Shown: positions 36,101 through 47,830, counted from the whole stretch's first letter. The stretch is DNA of 61,509 nt, filler included, from Globobulimina sp. (GCA_003354225.1; 13 parts of 13 records of this genome joined end to end with filler, not necessarily neighbours in it); one strand, 5' to 3'. Made by a program: numbers and translations. Notes: a model not told the origin generated them from the letters alone.

Positions 36101-37497
36101 CAGTCGAGCCAGAAACAAATGTCAGTTATTTTGACAAGAAATGCCATTTTGAAGGGGATTTAGACAAAAATAAAGTGTCTGTTACGATTTTAAATAATAC
36201 AAATTCATCCAATCTGAATATTACATTGAAATTCCAGTATAATGACAATGATCATAAAGAAGATGAAGATGACGGCATTATTTGTGTTTGGTGGAACGAA
36301 GAATTAAATAAATGGGATTCTTCCGGTTGTTACACGCAATTCGATGTAAATAATGAATTAATTGTCTGTCGATGCGATCATTTAACAACTTTTGCAACAA
36401 TCTCCAATTTGCATAGTGATGATAATAAATGCAATGATACGTTGTTGGATAATAATAGTCATGGCATAGCACCATATATTATGCTTATATTTGCCATCTT
36501 ATTTTGCATTCTTTTGAGCTGGATATTGGCGAAACTATTTCGATATAAATTTATGTTCAAAAAAGCATTGCTAAAAACAAAGCCACTTCAAGTCATCATA
36601 ACGTGTGCAATCATCACTTTTATGCAGATTATAATATGTTCATTCTATGCCTATTCATTTCAGAGCAAAACTGACGATTTTTATGTCATGTTATTTACGA
36701 TAATCTTATTAATTCCATTTGTTTTATATTATTTTATGTTTACCATTGTCATCTCGACCTGGATGAACGTGGCACATTCAATGAATAAATCGGATTTTAT
36801 GCTACGTTTTAAATATTTGGTTAAATTATCGACAATTCCGGTTGCTGTGCTATTATTATTAATTATTATTTTGTTAATTTCGTTGAGAAACGATTCCAAC
36901 ACAAAGAATACGGCGATTATGATCGGTGAGATTTCGTGGTGTATTATTATGACATTGTTAGTGATCATATTTTCCATTTACGGCTATAAAATGATTGACA
37001 TATTGCATACTGCGAATAACATGGTTGGTGATAAAACCTCAGAAAGCCGCAAAGCAGAACGTAGATTAACAATTGTTCTCATTACAATTTGCATATTTTT
37101 TATTGTGCAATCTATGTTGACTTCGTATTTTTCGATTCAGCCAAATGCATTGAATGTATATTGGAGATTAGTTGACTTATTAATCAATTTTATCTGTCTA
37201 GTGATGATTTGTTGGATGTACCATAAGAAATTAAATAGAAAGCAAGGTGATGATCAGGAATCTGTTGGTTCATTCTCTCCTGATTCTAAAACTGGAATTG
37301 TGCGGATTGAATTGTCTCAAACTGGAACTCAAATAATTAAATCTAAGGATTCTGTGACAGTGAAGCCAACATATTCGCCAAAGGTGCCAGCATTTGCATA
37401 TAATCACAAACAAATCATTCGAGCTTCTTCTCATTCAACAAATGGTGTAATACCCGATATAATGCACGAGTTGAATAGTACGTTAACACCATCTTAA
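33198..37497 (+). CDS. Adhesion-GPCR/polycystin-like receptor: PT-repeat stalk, REJ/PKD region, GPS (GAIN), 7TM; intron 33279-33345; 5' truncated
   Basis: 'LILDAR', 'SLDGDSWSYDPDNNALSFEWNC', 'YEFVLTVSD', GPS 'CVWWNEELNKWDSSGC...CRCDHLTTFA', then about seven TM helices. Confidence 0.85.
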
Positions 37498-37751
37498 TTA
37501 GTATTTAGTACATTTAATGACTTATTAACGAGTTAGTATAATTAGCATTTTTTCTTTGCAATGCTATTTCTTATTATAATTAGTTTTTTTGTTACATAAT
37601 TTCAAACTTGTGGACTGTTAGAAAATCAGAGATTTTCACTTTAGTGAAGTAAGATGAAAAATTACTAAATAATTCTTTTTGTTCGCTGGCACAAAATGGA
37701 AAGTAGCATGCAATGCATTCTACTTTTTGACTGATTTCCAATATGAATTAA

Positions 37752-37824
37752 TGGAGTACCCGGGTTTCGATCCCGGTGCCTTAACGTTGCGAACGTTACG
37801 CGCTTCCGATTGCGCCAGTACCCC
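37752..37824 (-). tRNA. tRNA-Ala(CGC), eukaryotic type
   Basis: GGGGTAC/GTACTCC acceptor stem with G3:U70, anticodon arm TAACG-TT-CGC-AA-CGTTA, T-loop GGATCGAAAC, no encoded CCA. Confidence 0.92.
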
Positions 37825-37935
37825 ACACACAATATNNNNNNNNNNNNNNNNNNNNNNNNNNNNNNNNNNNNNNNNNNNNTTAATTAATTAANNNNNNNNN
37901 NNNNNNNNNNNNNNNNNNNNNNNNNNNNNNNNNNN

Positions 37936-37973
37936 CCAGCAAAACCGTTCGCTTAACCATCCTGAATTCCTCC
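37936..37973 (-). promoter_or_regulatory. Shine-Dalgarno GGAGG 8 nt before ATG of a divergent bacterial gene start (MVKRTVLL...)
   Basis: The minus strand reads GGAGG-AATTCAGG-ATG GTT AAG CGA ACG GTT TTG CTG to the contig end. Confidence 0.5.
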
Positions 37974-38181
37974 ATATAGAAATATTACCTGATATACAAA
38001 GGCTGTTTATACCAAACTTGAGCCATTTTGCATACAAGCAATTGCCAATACCTCCCTCAGACTCGTGACGCTTTTCGCTCTCCTCTGAAATGACCCCATT
38101 TGCCCCTTTCTGGACTTTAGCTTGACTGTCATTGCATAATCGTGGATAATCCCCTCCGATATGGAACGATTGTAACCATCC

Positions 38182-38468
38182 ATGAAAAAAGATGATATGA
38201 CGAATAACTTGCAAGACAAAATTGATCTGGATCGGGCTCGTAAAATTGTACGGCTGGAGGCGGCGGCCCTGACGCAGATGGCTGAGGGGCTGGACGATTC
38301 GTTCACCAGCGCCGCGGGCATGATCCACCAATGCTCTGGCTCGGTGGTGGTCACGGGCATCGGCAAGGCGGGCATTATCGGTCAGAAGATTTCGGCGACG
38401 CTGGCCTCGACGGGCACGCCCAGCCATTTTCTTCACGCGGCCGAGGCTGTCCATGGTGATATCGGGCG
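38182..38468 (+). CDS. kdsD: Bacterial KpsF/GutQ-family arabinose-5-phosphate isomerase, N-terminal fragment
   Basis: 'VVVTGIGKAGIIGQKISATLASTGTPSHFLHAAEAVHGDIG' is the SIS-domain signature. GC-rich, and homology stops at about 38468. Confidence 0.85.
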
Positions 38469-41400
38469 ACTCGTGGAACGAAGTCATGTACGATACGGTG
38501 AAGGCCACCAACGGCAAACTGAGTGTGATTTATTACGTGATTGTGGTGTGTTTTGGCACGTTTGTGATATTGAACTTATTCGTGGCGATTCTGTTGAGTA
38601 AGATGAGCAGCGAGGAATCTGATGAAGATTTCATGCTGGATGGCTTGGAAAAGTATAGCCGCGAGATGTTTATTCACGATGTCGAGATTGACGACCAGGT
38701 GGATCGGTTGGTGATGAGTATCGAGCGCAAGAAATACATCGCGCAGTTCAAGGACAAGCGGTCGAAATGGAAGCATCACAGATTGAAACGCAAAATCGAA
38801 GGGAAATCGTTGGGGATATTCGAACCGGACAATAAGTTTCGGAAAGTGTGCCATGGCATTGTCCATTGGACCTGGTTCGAGATCAGCATTGACATTTTGA
38901 TACTAATTAATTGTATTTTTTTAGCGCTGGAATCGCCGGCGGAGCGGGAGAAGAATAGCCAGACGTTTTTCGTGGCCGATATCTTCTTTACGGTGATATT
39001 TGTGTTAGAATTTATTATCAAAGTGATTGCTTTGGGTATGTTCCAACAGCCCTTTCGAAAACGACGCAGTTGGAGCAAGATACGCGACGACGACAAGTTG
39101 ATTGAATGGACAGATCGGTCGTACCAGGCCATCTTTTTTATGCATACCTTAAATCCAAAGATATTGGACTTACCCGGCTTAGCTATAGAATGTATCAAAT
39201 CGAATGACGGTTTTTGCATTGTACACATATGGGGACAGCAAGTGTTGCGCATTGTGTATGAAAATGGCTCCTTTGCCACGTGTTATAAGTTAGTAGATCA
39301 AGACGAGGGTATTTGGGAGATTTGGTTGGATGTCAAAGATGATGATGAGAAGTTAGATCGAGAGCTGCAAACTGTGCTAACTTCATTTGATTTAACCGAT
39401 CATCATCACAATGCCTACTTTGCCTCGAATTGGAATAGATTGGATGCAGTGGTCGTGCTTGTGGCAGTGTTAGGTGTTGGATTCGAGAACGTGTCGTTTT
39501 TGAGGGCCATGCGAGCATTCAGACCCTTTCGAATCATGGTCAGATTTAAGAAAATCAAAGTAGTGTTGGGTGCATTGTTGCGAGCCATTCCTGGATTATT
39601 TAATACATTTTTATTTTGTATCCTATTTTGGTTTGTTTTGTCCATATTAGGGGTGAATTGGTTCAATGGCTTGTACAGACATTGTGAAATTGACGATTTT
39701 GCGCAATATGCCACACCAAATGTGACAAGTGGATGGCTGGGATGTAATAATTTATATTCAAATGCAACGTTAACTGCAACAGCGGAGTGTGATTATTGTA
39801 GCCCAGCGTGTATTATGTACAATTTTAATAAAACAGAATGTGAGTCCTATCCGGGCCTAATTTGGTGGGTCTCGGTGTTTAATTTTGATAATGTTTTCCA
39901 AGCTTTGCATGCCTTATTTTGTGTGGCAACCTTATCCGGATGGAATTTTGTGATGTATGAAGCCATTGATGCAACCGAATTTGATCAAGCTTTAATCGAA
40001 GACAATCGACCCGAATGTGCCTTATATTTTATGATTGTCGTGGTTTTGTGTTCATTTTTCAGTTTGAACCTCATCGTATCGGTGGTTGTGGACAATTTCA
40101 ATACCATCAAAGCAGAAAAAGATGGCAGTGCCTTCCAAACGGAAGAACAAGCGCTGTGGGTGAATAATCAACGGCTTTTAGAACGAATCTCGTTGGACCC
40201 CACCTTCGATAATCCCAAGAATTGCTTCCGCAGATTATCATTCAAAATTGTCCAACACGACTTCTTTGACCCTTTTATAATGACTTGTATCATATTGAAT
40301 GCTGTCTCGATGGGCTTAGAACATTACAATCAGAGCGAACAATGGAGCATTGCACTCAATATAGCCGACACTTTATTTGTGGTTATATTTGTGTTAGAAG
40401 CCATACTCAAAATAGCTGCCTACGGCTTTAGATTATATATCTTATCGAATTGGAATAAATTTTATTTTGTAATATCTATAATCGGTGTGGTCGGGTTACT
40501 GACCGACAGTGGTTTAGGTTTGAATGTGTTGCGACTGTTTCGCGTCGGCAGATTACTGCGACTTTTGCACAAAGCAAAAACTCTGAAAATGCTATTTTGG
40601 ACATTGGTTTATTCCATTCCATCCTTATGGAATATCGGTTTATTACTATTTGTCATCTTTTTTATCTATGCCGTGGTTGGGATGCACATCTTAACCGATT
40701 ACGAGACAGCGATCTATGACCAAGTCAATGCCAATGATTTCTGGAACGCAGTGCTTTTGCTATATCGCGTTGGCACAGAAGATGGATGGACCGATGTGTA
40801 CCAATCTTATTTAGAAGCATGGCCAGTCGGCGAGAGATATAAAATTTACATTTACTTTGTCTCCTTTTTCATATTAGGCACTCTGGTCTTAATTAATTTG
40901 TTCATCGCTGTGGTCTTGGATTCATTCGAAGAGAACCATCAATCGTTTAGCCGCGAGGACAAGTTTCTGACCATCCAAATCTGGCGCGATATCTGGCAAT
41001 ACTTTGACCCCGACGCCAAACGAGAGCTACCGGTCAGAGATTTCATTGACATATTACGACTGACACCGCTGTCACAAGATTTCATCGACAAACACAAGAT
41101 CAAAGGGCCCGGCTTTCATCCTCAGAATCCGTTTGAAACCATGTTTGAGAAAGTAACAGAGGAACATAGCAAGCAGGAACCGTCGAGATTGAGTAAGTCA
41201 TTTACGAATCTGGGCATGCAACATGAAGGAGACTCCCACGCTGCCTTCACCTCTCCCGCAGCGATGGCGCATTTAACCAGACGATTGGCTGCTTTTTATG
41301 ATGTGAATCAACGCAGAGAGCAAATGAGAGCTATTGCTACCGCTACAACGGTATCACACTCGGATATGCTCAAATTGTTATTGCGCTTGCGATTGAGGGT

Positions 41401-42163
41401 GGAATTGCGTATAGCGAGTCATGCGCAATTGACGTGTTTCGGGAAGATAGCTAAATTGTTGTATGATATTTGCAGTTCGATGGGCATTGGGAACCGGGCG
41501 CAGACGGATGAAGCTATTCGGCAGCATACACTGAAAGGGGATAAAAGGGCTTCTTTTTTGAGCAAGAAAGAAACAGAGGAATTGCAACGGGAATTGACAG
41601 AGTTGGATACCTTCGATGTGGGTGAGGAGAATACGTGGTATGTGCTGTACGACGATGCGTTATTGGCCATATGCTCAGAGGTGATTGGTCCGCGTCTGCC
41701 CGACGGATTCCCTATGTTTCAGATATCGTCACCGGGCGAGGACGATGATGGGAGTGCTCTTCAATTGCAACAGACGCAATTGCAACAAACACAATTGCGA
41801 ATTGCAGAGTGGTATACGATAAAAAATGATTGTTATGATGTGTTTAAGAGAGTGACATTAGATATTGAACACAATAAACAATTCACTGCCATCGTCCCTT
41901 CCCAACATGTGTCTGATGAGAGACAAAAAGAGCTACAAAAACAAACTGGGAAATCGCTTAAATATAGGATGGAATTTAAAAAATTAACGCAACAAATTAA
42001 TCATATAAAAGAAGAGCAAGAAGAAGAAAAAGAAGAACTAGATACAAATAAGAATAAAGAATCAGTAGATTTTATGAATAATCTTATCGACGAATACAAT
42101 GATATGGACATCGATAATGATGAGAATATTGATGATAATACGACCATGACCCCGCAACTGTAG
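38456..42163 (+). CDS. Four-domain voltage-gated Na/Ca channel alpha subunit, from DII pore to C-terminus (5' missing)
   Basis: DII S6 'ILNLFVAILL', DIII S4 'LRAMRAFRPFRIM', DIV S4 'LRLFRVGRLLRLL', P-loops SGDSW/TLSGW/TEDGW, and Nav-like C-terminus 'IWQYFDPDA'. Confidence 0.92.
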   Translation: MISGDSWNEVMYDTVKATNGKLSVIYYVIVVCFGTFVILNLFVAILLSKMSSEESDEDFMLDGLEKYSREMFIHDVEIDDQVDRLVMSIERKKYIAQFKDKRSKWKHHRLKRKIEGKSLGIFEPDNKFRKVCHGIVHWTWFEISIDILILINCIFLALESPAEREKNSQTFFVADIFFTVIFVLEFIIKVIALGMFQQPFRKRRSWSKIRDDDKLIEWTDRSYQAIFFMHTLNPKILDLPGLAIECIKSNDGFCIVHIWGQQVLRIVYENGSFATCYKLVDQDEGIWEIWLDVKDDDEKLDRELQTVLTSFDLTDHHHNAYFASNWNRLDAVVVLVAVLGVGFENVSFLRAMRAFRPFRIMVRFKKIKVVLGALLRAIPGLFNTFLFCILFWFVLSILGVNWFNGLYRHCEIDDFAQYATPNVTSGWLGCNNLYSNATLTATAECDYCSPACIMYNFNKTECESYPGLIWWVSVFNFDNVFQALHALFCVATLSGWNFVMYEAIDATEFDQALIEDNRPECALYFMIVVVLCSFFSLNLIVSVVVDNFNTIKAEKDGSAFQTEEQALWVNNQRLLERISLDPTFDNPKNCFRRLSFKIVQHDFFDPFIMTCIILNAVSMGLEHYNQSEQWSIALNIADTLFVVIFVLEAILKIAAYGFRLYILSNWNKFYFVISIIGVVGLLTDSGLGLNVLRLFRVGRLLRLLHKAKTLKMLFWTLVYSIPSLWNIGLLLFVIFFIYAVVGMHILTDYETAIYDQVNANDFWNAVLLLYRVGTEDGWTDVYQSYLEAWPVGERYKIYIYFVSFFILGTLVLINLFIAVVLDSFEENHQSFSREDKFLTIQIWRDIWQYFDPDAKRELPVRDFIDILRLTPLSQDFIDKHKIKGPGFHPQNPFETMFEKVTEEHSKQEPSRLSKSFTNLGMQHEGDSHAAFTSPAAMAHLTRRLAAFYDVNQRREQMRAIATATTVSHSDMLKLLLRLRLRVELRIASHAQLTCFGKIAKLLYDICSSMGIGNRAQTDEAIRQHTLKGDKRASFLSKKETEELQRELTELDTFDVGEENTWYVLYDDALLAICSEVIGPRLPDGFPMFQISSPGEDDDGSALQLQQTQLQQTQLRIAEWYTIKNDCYDVFKRVTLDIEHNKQFTAIVPSQHVSDERQKELQKQTGKSLKYRMEFKKLTQQINHIKEEQEEEKEELDTNKNKESVDFMNNLIDEYNDMDIDNDENIDDNTTMTPQL

Positions 42164-42672
42164 TGTTGTTTATGCATTTTGTCTGTCCCTTTTTTGTCTG
42201 TCCTTGTGGCTAATAATTGTTGTATCATTTTTTCTGCTCATTTGTTGATCCCCAATTTATGAATTGTCCAAGGTGTCCTTCCTCATCGCGAAAAATTATG
42301 TATTTGTTATCTGTATCCAATTTTTGATTATGTGTTATTAATAAATCCTTGTGTGATATGCAATATGTGTACTTAAATTTAAATCTCAATCGCAGTCCAT
42401 CATAGGTGTAGATCATCGGAAAAATGTGTACATGTTTGTACTTTGTCGTTTCAAATCTTCGATCCCAAAACTTTTGTTTGAAGTGATTTAACGATATTCC
42501 AAAAGATAACCCCCCCCCCCCGTTTGGCAAACCCCCCCCCCTGTTAAACACAAAATCACATTTTAAATTTTANNNNNNNNNNNNNNNNNNNNNNNNNNNN
42601 NNNNNNNNNNNNNNNNTTAATTAATTAANNNNNNNNNNNNNNNNNNNNNNNNNNNNNNNNNNNNNNNNNNNN

Positions 42673-43896
42673 AAAAACGTTTTTATAGCACCAACAAACA
42701 ATCCAACTGTACCACCTACATCTCATCCAATTACACCTGGTTCACCAACTAAATCACCATCAAATCCTACACCATCGCCCACATATAATCCATCACAATC
42801 ACCAACACCATCACCAACAAGGAATCCTACATTATTCCCAAGCAATAACCCTACAAAGATACCATCCAATATCCCAACGGGCTCACCTTATGATCATCCA
42901 ACGCCAACTCCATCAGATGACCCAACACCACATTCAACCGATTCGCCCATTATTCCTGGCTCACCCACCAAATCACCGTTAGATCCAACAACATCACCAA
43001 CCAATAATCCTATACAATATCCAACAAATAATCCTATATTAACTCCGACAAATAATCCAGTTTCTGCTGTACAAACTACATTAAATCCAAGCTCAGCGCC
43101 AAGTGAAATACCTACAGATAATCCACCAAATACATACGTACCAACAAAAACGCCCAGTAACGCACCGACAATTGCATGTGATGACAATTGCAATGTCGTT
43201 GATACTGATAACAGGATAAAGATTAAAGTGAAGTTTTGGTTCGCTACATGGATCACTTACGATTTTAGCCATATTCAATGTTGGTTATATGAGATATTTA
43301 TGAAATGGTTTATTAATTTTGAATTTGCCGCTTATTTCGACGTCTGCGATATTGAAGTTATAGTTATTGGAGGTACTGCAAATAAGCAAAGGAAAGCTCG
43401 ACTATTGTTATCCGATGAGAATGCAGGAAATGTGTCCGTTAGTATAATAAGTGAGGATGCTGCGACTTTGAATGCTTTGAATGCATTGTCAATGGATACA
43501 ATGAGCAGTCAGCTTCATTCAGAGTTGATGCAACGTTTTCAGTTTGATATTGATGTTGAGATTGAAATAATGGATGGAGAAAATGAAGGAGATGGGGATG
43601 ATGATTCAAAGGTTGTCGATGTATCTTCATTCTCTGCGGTGGAATTCGTAGTGTTTGGTATTGCATTGTTATTTGTAGCGATCATTATTTTATTGATTTT
43701 ATTTTGTTGTAGAGATTGTAAACGAAGAAGAGAATATAAAAAGAGGGATTTAGCGACTACAGAGATGGTTTCATCGAATAGACCTGGCGGTACATATAGC
43801 ATTCAGCAAACAAATATTGTTTCGGCAGAGGATGATGATGTTGATGAGGGATATGATGAGAATGAGAATGTGCTTGATGCCGGTTTATATATCTAA
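42673..43896 (+). CDS. Single-pass surface protein with Pro/Thr-rich (PT-repeat) stalk, 5' truncated
   Basis: Frame open from the contig start. 'PTxxPT' repeats to about 43170 and one TM 'FVVFGIALLFVAIIILLILFCC'. Confidence 0.75.
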   Translation, partial: KNVFIAPTNNPTVPPTSHPITPGSPTKSPSNPTPSPTYNPSQSPTPSPTRNPTLFPSNNPTKIPSNIPTGSPYDHPTPTPSDDPTPHSTDSPIIPGSPTKSPLDPTTSPTNNPIQYPTNNPILTPTNNPVSAVQTTLNPSSAPSEIPTDNPPNTYVPTKTPSNAPTIACDDNCNVVDTDNRIKIKVKFWFATWITYDFSHIQCWLYEIFMKWFINFEFAAYFDVCDIEVIVIGGTANKQRKARLLLSDENAGNVSVSIISEDAATLNALNALSMDTMSSQLHSELMQRFQFDIDVEIEIMDGENEGDGDDDSKVVDVSSFSAVEFVVFGIALLFVAIIILLILFCCRDCKRRREYKKRDLATTEMVSSNRPGGTYSIQQTNIVSAEDDDVDEGYDENENVLDAGLYI

Positions 43897-43984
43897 ATTA
43901 AACGTTTATTAGTTGATTTTTATATTTGTATTAATATGTAAAATAAAGTGTAACTTCGATCCCGTTTGGAAAACTCTAAATTAA

Positions 43985-46900
43985 TTGCAAGGTTTTTTAC
44001 TAATTTCGAGTGTCAGAGGCGACATAGGCGACCTATCCAGAATGATCACCTTGCATAAACATGCAATTCATGCCAATATCAAAGATCGATATGCAACCAT
44101 TGTCTATTTATTCGATTTTGCAAATACTAACAGTAACAGTCATGAGCTCCAGTTTGAATTAACCATTGATCCCAATGCTTTTATATCGAAATTCAAAGCC
44201 AACATTGATGGCACAATATTTGTTGGCGAGACAAAAGCAAAAGAAACAGCAGCAAAAGAATACAATGAAGCAAAACAGAAGAATGAAAATGCAATATTAA
44301 TATCTCAACCTTTTAAAACTATACCAAATGTATTCCAAATCAAAACCAATATTGATGCCAACAGCAAAATATTATTCACCCTCGAGATTCAACAATATTT
44401 ACAAAGGAAATTCAATTTCAATGAATTAAATATTCAAATCTTAAGAAATTTCGGGCGATATAATATCAAACAAAATTTCCAATACATTCCATTTGAAATA
44501 AATATTGAAGATAACAGTGACATCTATGATGTTAATATACCATCAATAACCAACACGAATGGTGATACCATAAACATTGCGCAACAAATTACGGATAAAA
44601 ATAAATTATTAATAAATGGTAAAATATCACAAGAAAAATCCTCAACAAATGAATTAATATTAAAATATAAAGTAACTGGGGAAAGAAATGATTGTCAGGT
44701 TTTATTTGACAGTAAATCCAACACTTTTTGTCATATTATTTCTGATTTATTGACAAATTCGGTGATTACCAACGATGATGAAAATAAAATGGAAGGAAAC
44801 ATCAAAACTATGGATGAAATATTAATTCCTCGTCGAGTTATTTTCGTAATTGACAGGTCGGGCAGTATGAGAGGGTCTAAATGGACGGCAGCCATTTCCT
44901 CCACAATTATGGCCATTACTCATTTACGGAAAGGATTTGATCGATTTGGTATAATGTTATTCAACAATTCTGCAGAAATGATACCAAATAAAAACATGAA
45001 AACGTGTCTCTTGGCGGATAATCAGAGTTTGATGGCATCAGTCCATGCGTTGTTGGATAAAAAAGCCGAAGGCAGTACAAATGTTAATATTGCCTTATTA
45101 AATGCAATTGGATTGATTAAAAATGATATATTAGCAGTGGATAAAGATGATAATGCATATAATTTTTTTTTGAATCAAATAATATTTATAACCGATGGTA
45201 TGTTTGTGTTTCTGTACTAAATTAAATGTGTTTTTATGATAAGACATGTGATGTACAGGCGAGCCAAATGCGGGGGAACGAGATACGAATAAAATTATAG
45301 TAAATGTGAAAAATGCCAATGATTTGAGTGGAATGGACAGATATAATAAGAAAATATCAATTTTTTCATTTGGCGTTGGATCGGATGGAAATGATAGTAA
45401 ATGGATTAAAGATTTAAATCATTCATTTTTAAAAGTACTCAGTGTGAATAACAATGGTTTTTATCATCGCATTAAACAAATGTCTGCCGATACTGTTTTA
45501 TGCGCATTTTTTGATATTTTATCAAAACCGCTTTTATCAAATGTTAAAGTTGAATATAACAATAAAGATATAACTGATTTAACAAAGACTACATTTAATA
45601 CATTTTATTCTGGAAACGATCTTATAATTTGTGGTAAAATTAATAATCAGATAAATATCAATAACTATAATTTCCTATTATCAATATCTGCAATTACGGG
45701 CAAACAAGTTATAGAAAATAATAAAATGATAATAAAACCAGTCAATATTAGTAAAAAAATGAAAATTAATATGAATGTAAATAATATTTCTGATATTGAT
45801 GCAGCAGCAAATAAGACTGAACGAATCTGGGCCTATCTAAAACTTCAACAATTCGCAACAGAACAATTAATTTACAATGATATGATTGAAATGGATGATG
45901 AGGAACAAAAAGAAGAGCAAGCTTTACCATTATCGCTAGCTTTGCAATTTCAATTTGTTACTCCGTGGACCTCTATGATTGTGGTCAAAAAAAAAGAAGA
46001 ACGTATTCCACAACAAAAAGAAAAGGAAATTCAAGACTTACAAAAAGAAAATCAAAAACAGGAAGAATCAGAGAACATTCGATCAGAAGCAATGAAATTA
46101 GAATTAGAAAGAGAAGAAGCTCGGAAAAGACAAGAAACGAAATCAATAACAATAAAAATGGAAAGAAAGAAACGAGAACAGTCTGTAAGATTAAAAAAAA
46201 AAGATAGACGGCGCAAAGATAGACAGCGCGAAGAAGTGACTGAGCATAATTATGTTAGGAATTTCCTTGAAATGATATCTGAATCTGATGATTCTGCATC
46301 AAATTCATATTCTTCTTCAAGTGATTCAAGTGATGATATTGCAATGTCGTTAAAAGAGCAATTAAAGAGTTTTGATAGGATCGCAGCGACCGGACAATTA
46401 TTCTTAAAACATACAGGAAAAAGAAGTAGAAAAGCATCCGATAGAATTGTTAAGGTATCATTTGATAATAAATATAAAGCAAAGCAAATAAGTTGGGGTT
46501 CTGGTACGCGATGTATTGAGTTTGCAGATATATTATATGTGGCGTGGGGTCATTGGACGCCAGCATTTGTAGCAAGGAAAGATCTGATCGATGCGAAATT
46601 GTGTTTGAGTGTGGTTGGAGCACAGAAAATATTGGATGTGCAAGCAGCGAGTAAAGAGATGGCGGAGTTATGGGTTAAGGGTTTACGCAAATTACTTGGT
46701 CATACTGATGAGAGATCAGATAAATTTGCAAAGCAAGCATTAGAATCTGGGAATTTGCCTGGTTTTGGGGGTGATGATGATGCAAAAAGTGGTGGTGATG
46801 GTGATGTGTCATTGCCTTTTCAACGGATAATGAATGAAATGAAGGAGTTGGAAGCTGATGTATCGATGGATTGCACTGTGATGGATCCGGTGTGGTTTGT

Positions 46901-47282
46901 TAATATTAAGGGAGCTAAAAATAGTCCGTATGAAGATGGTGTGTTTTGTGTGGAGATAAGAGTCGGTGATGGATATCCAAGTAAACCCCCAAAATGTAGA
47001 TTTATTACGAAAATATATCATTGCAATGTGAATGGAAAAGGGGAAATGAATGGGGTGGATATATTGGATGAGAATAAATGGTCTCCGCAATGTACAATGG
47101 GCGAATTGTTTAAAGTTATAATGGGTTTATTAAGTAATCCGCGAGTTGATGTTGCGTTGATGCCTCAAATTGCAAAGTTATATAAAGAAGATAGAAAGGA
47201 ACATGATAGAGTGGCTAAGCAGAGTTGTGAAGAAGCAATGCAGTCAAGAAATGAGCTTAATGATGAATGTCTTATATCGTAA
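43985..47282 (+). CDS. VIT + vWA (ITIH-like) + coiled coil + PH + UBC/E2-like fusion protein; intron 45198-45258
   Basis: VIT 'AFISKFKANIDG..FVGETKAKE.A..EY..A', MIDAS 'VIDRSGS' with spliced 'TDGEPN', 'FVTPWTSMIVV', PH 'LDVQA......LWVKGLRKL', and UBC 'SPYEDGVF...YPSKPPKCRFITKIYHCNV'. Confidence 0.8.
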
Positions 47283-47408
47283 CCAATATAATTTGTTTTT
47301 TAACCTTANNNNNNNNNNNNNNNNNNNNNNNNNNNNNNNNNNNNNNNNNNNNTTAATTAATTAANNNNNNNNNNNNNNNNNNNNNNNNNNNNNNNNNNNN
47401 NNNNNNNN

Positions 47409-47758
47409 ATTTTCTGTTTCTTAAATTGTAGTTCTTGAAAACTAAATATTGCCTCATGATATTTACTATAATATTGATATGATCTTATGACATTACATAG
47501 GAATTCGTTCTTTAAAGATGTAATATCTTTACATACTGACAGTTTTGTATGTATTTCATTAGGAATCACATTATTATCATCGTGAAATATAGATAATAAT
47601 AATGTAATCCGTTTAACCTCTAAATCATTACATTCATACTTAAACGATTCTAAATTGCCAGGAATTGTTGTATCCTCAATATTGACTATAATATCATCAA
47701 TCAATACTTCTAAATTAGAATCATTATTGTGTCTCTGTAAACTGCGTCTAACTGCCAT
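47409..47758 (-). CDS. Hypothetical protein, truncated at contig end
   Basis: ATG ORF head-to-head with the 47831 gene. Confidence 0.35.
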
Positions 47759-47830
47759 TTGATCTTTGTAAAGTTTTCAACACCGACACAAGTACAAAAA
47801 AAAACTTTGAAAACAGTTTGCTTTGCTTTC

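Noticed and set aside
38025-38050. Possible sigma-54 promoter (TGGCA..TTG) in the bacterial fragment
   Set aside because: The spacing and -12 GC do not fit the consensus.
38182-42163. Natural KpsF-ion channel fusion or expressed HGT
   Set aside because: The two parts are in different frames and both are truncated at a microhomology-like overlap, so a chimera is more parsimonious.
42225-42551. 108-aa minus-strand ORF with Gly runs
   Set aside because: The Gly runs come from poly-C tracts at a contig end and no motif was recognised, so it is left uncalled.
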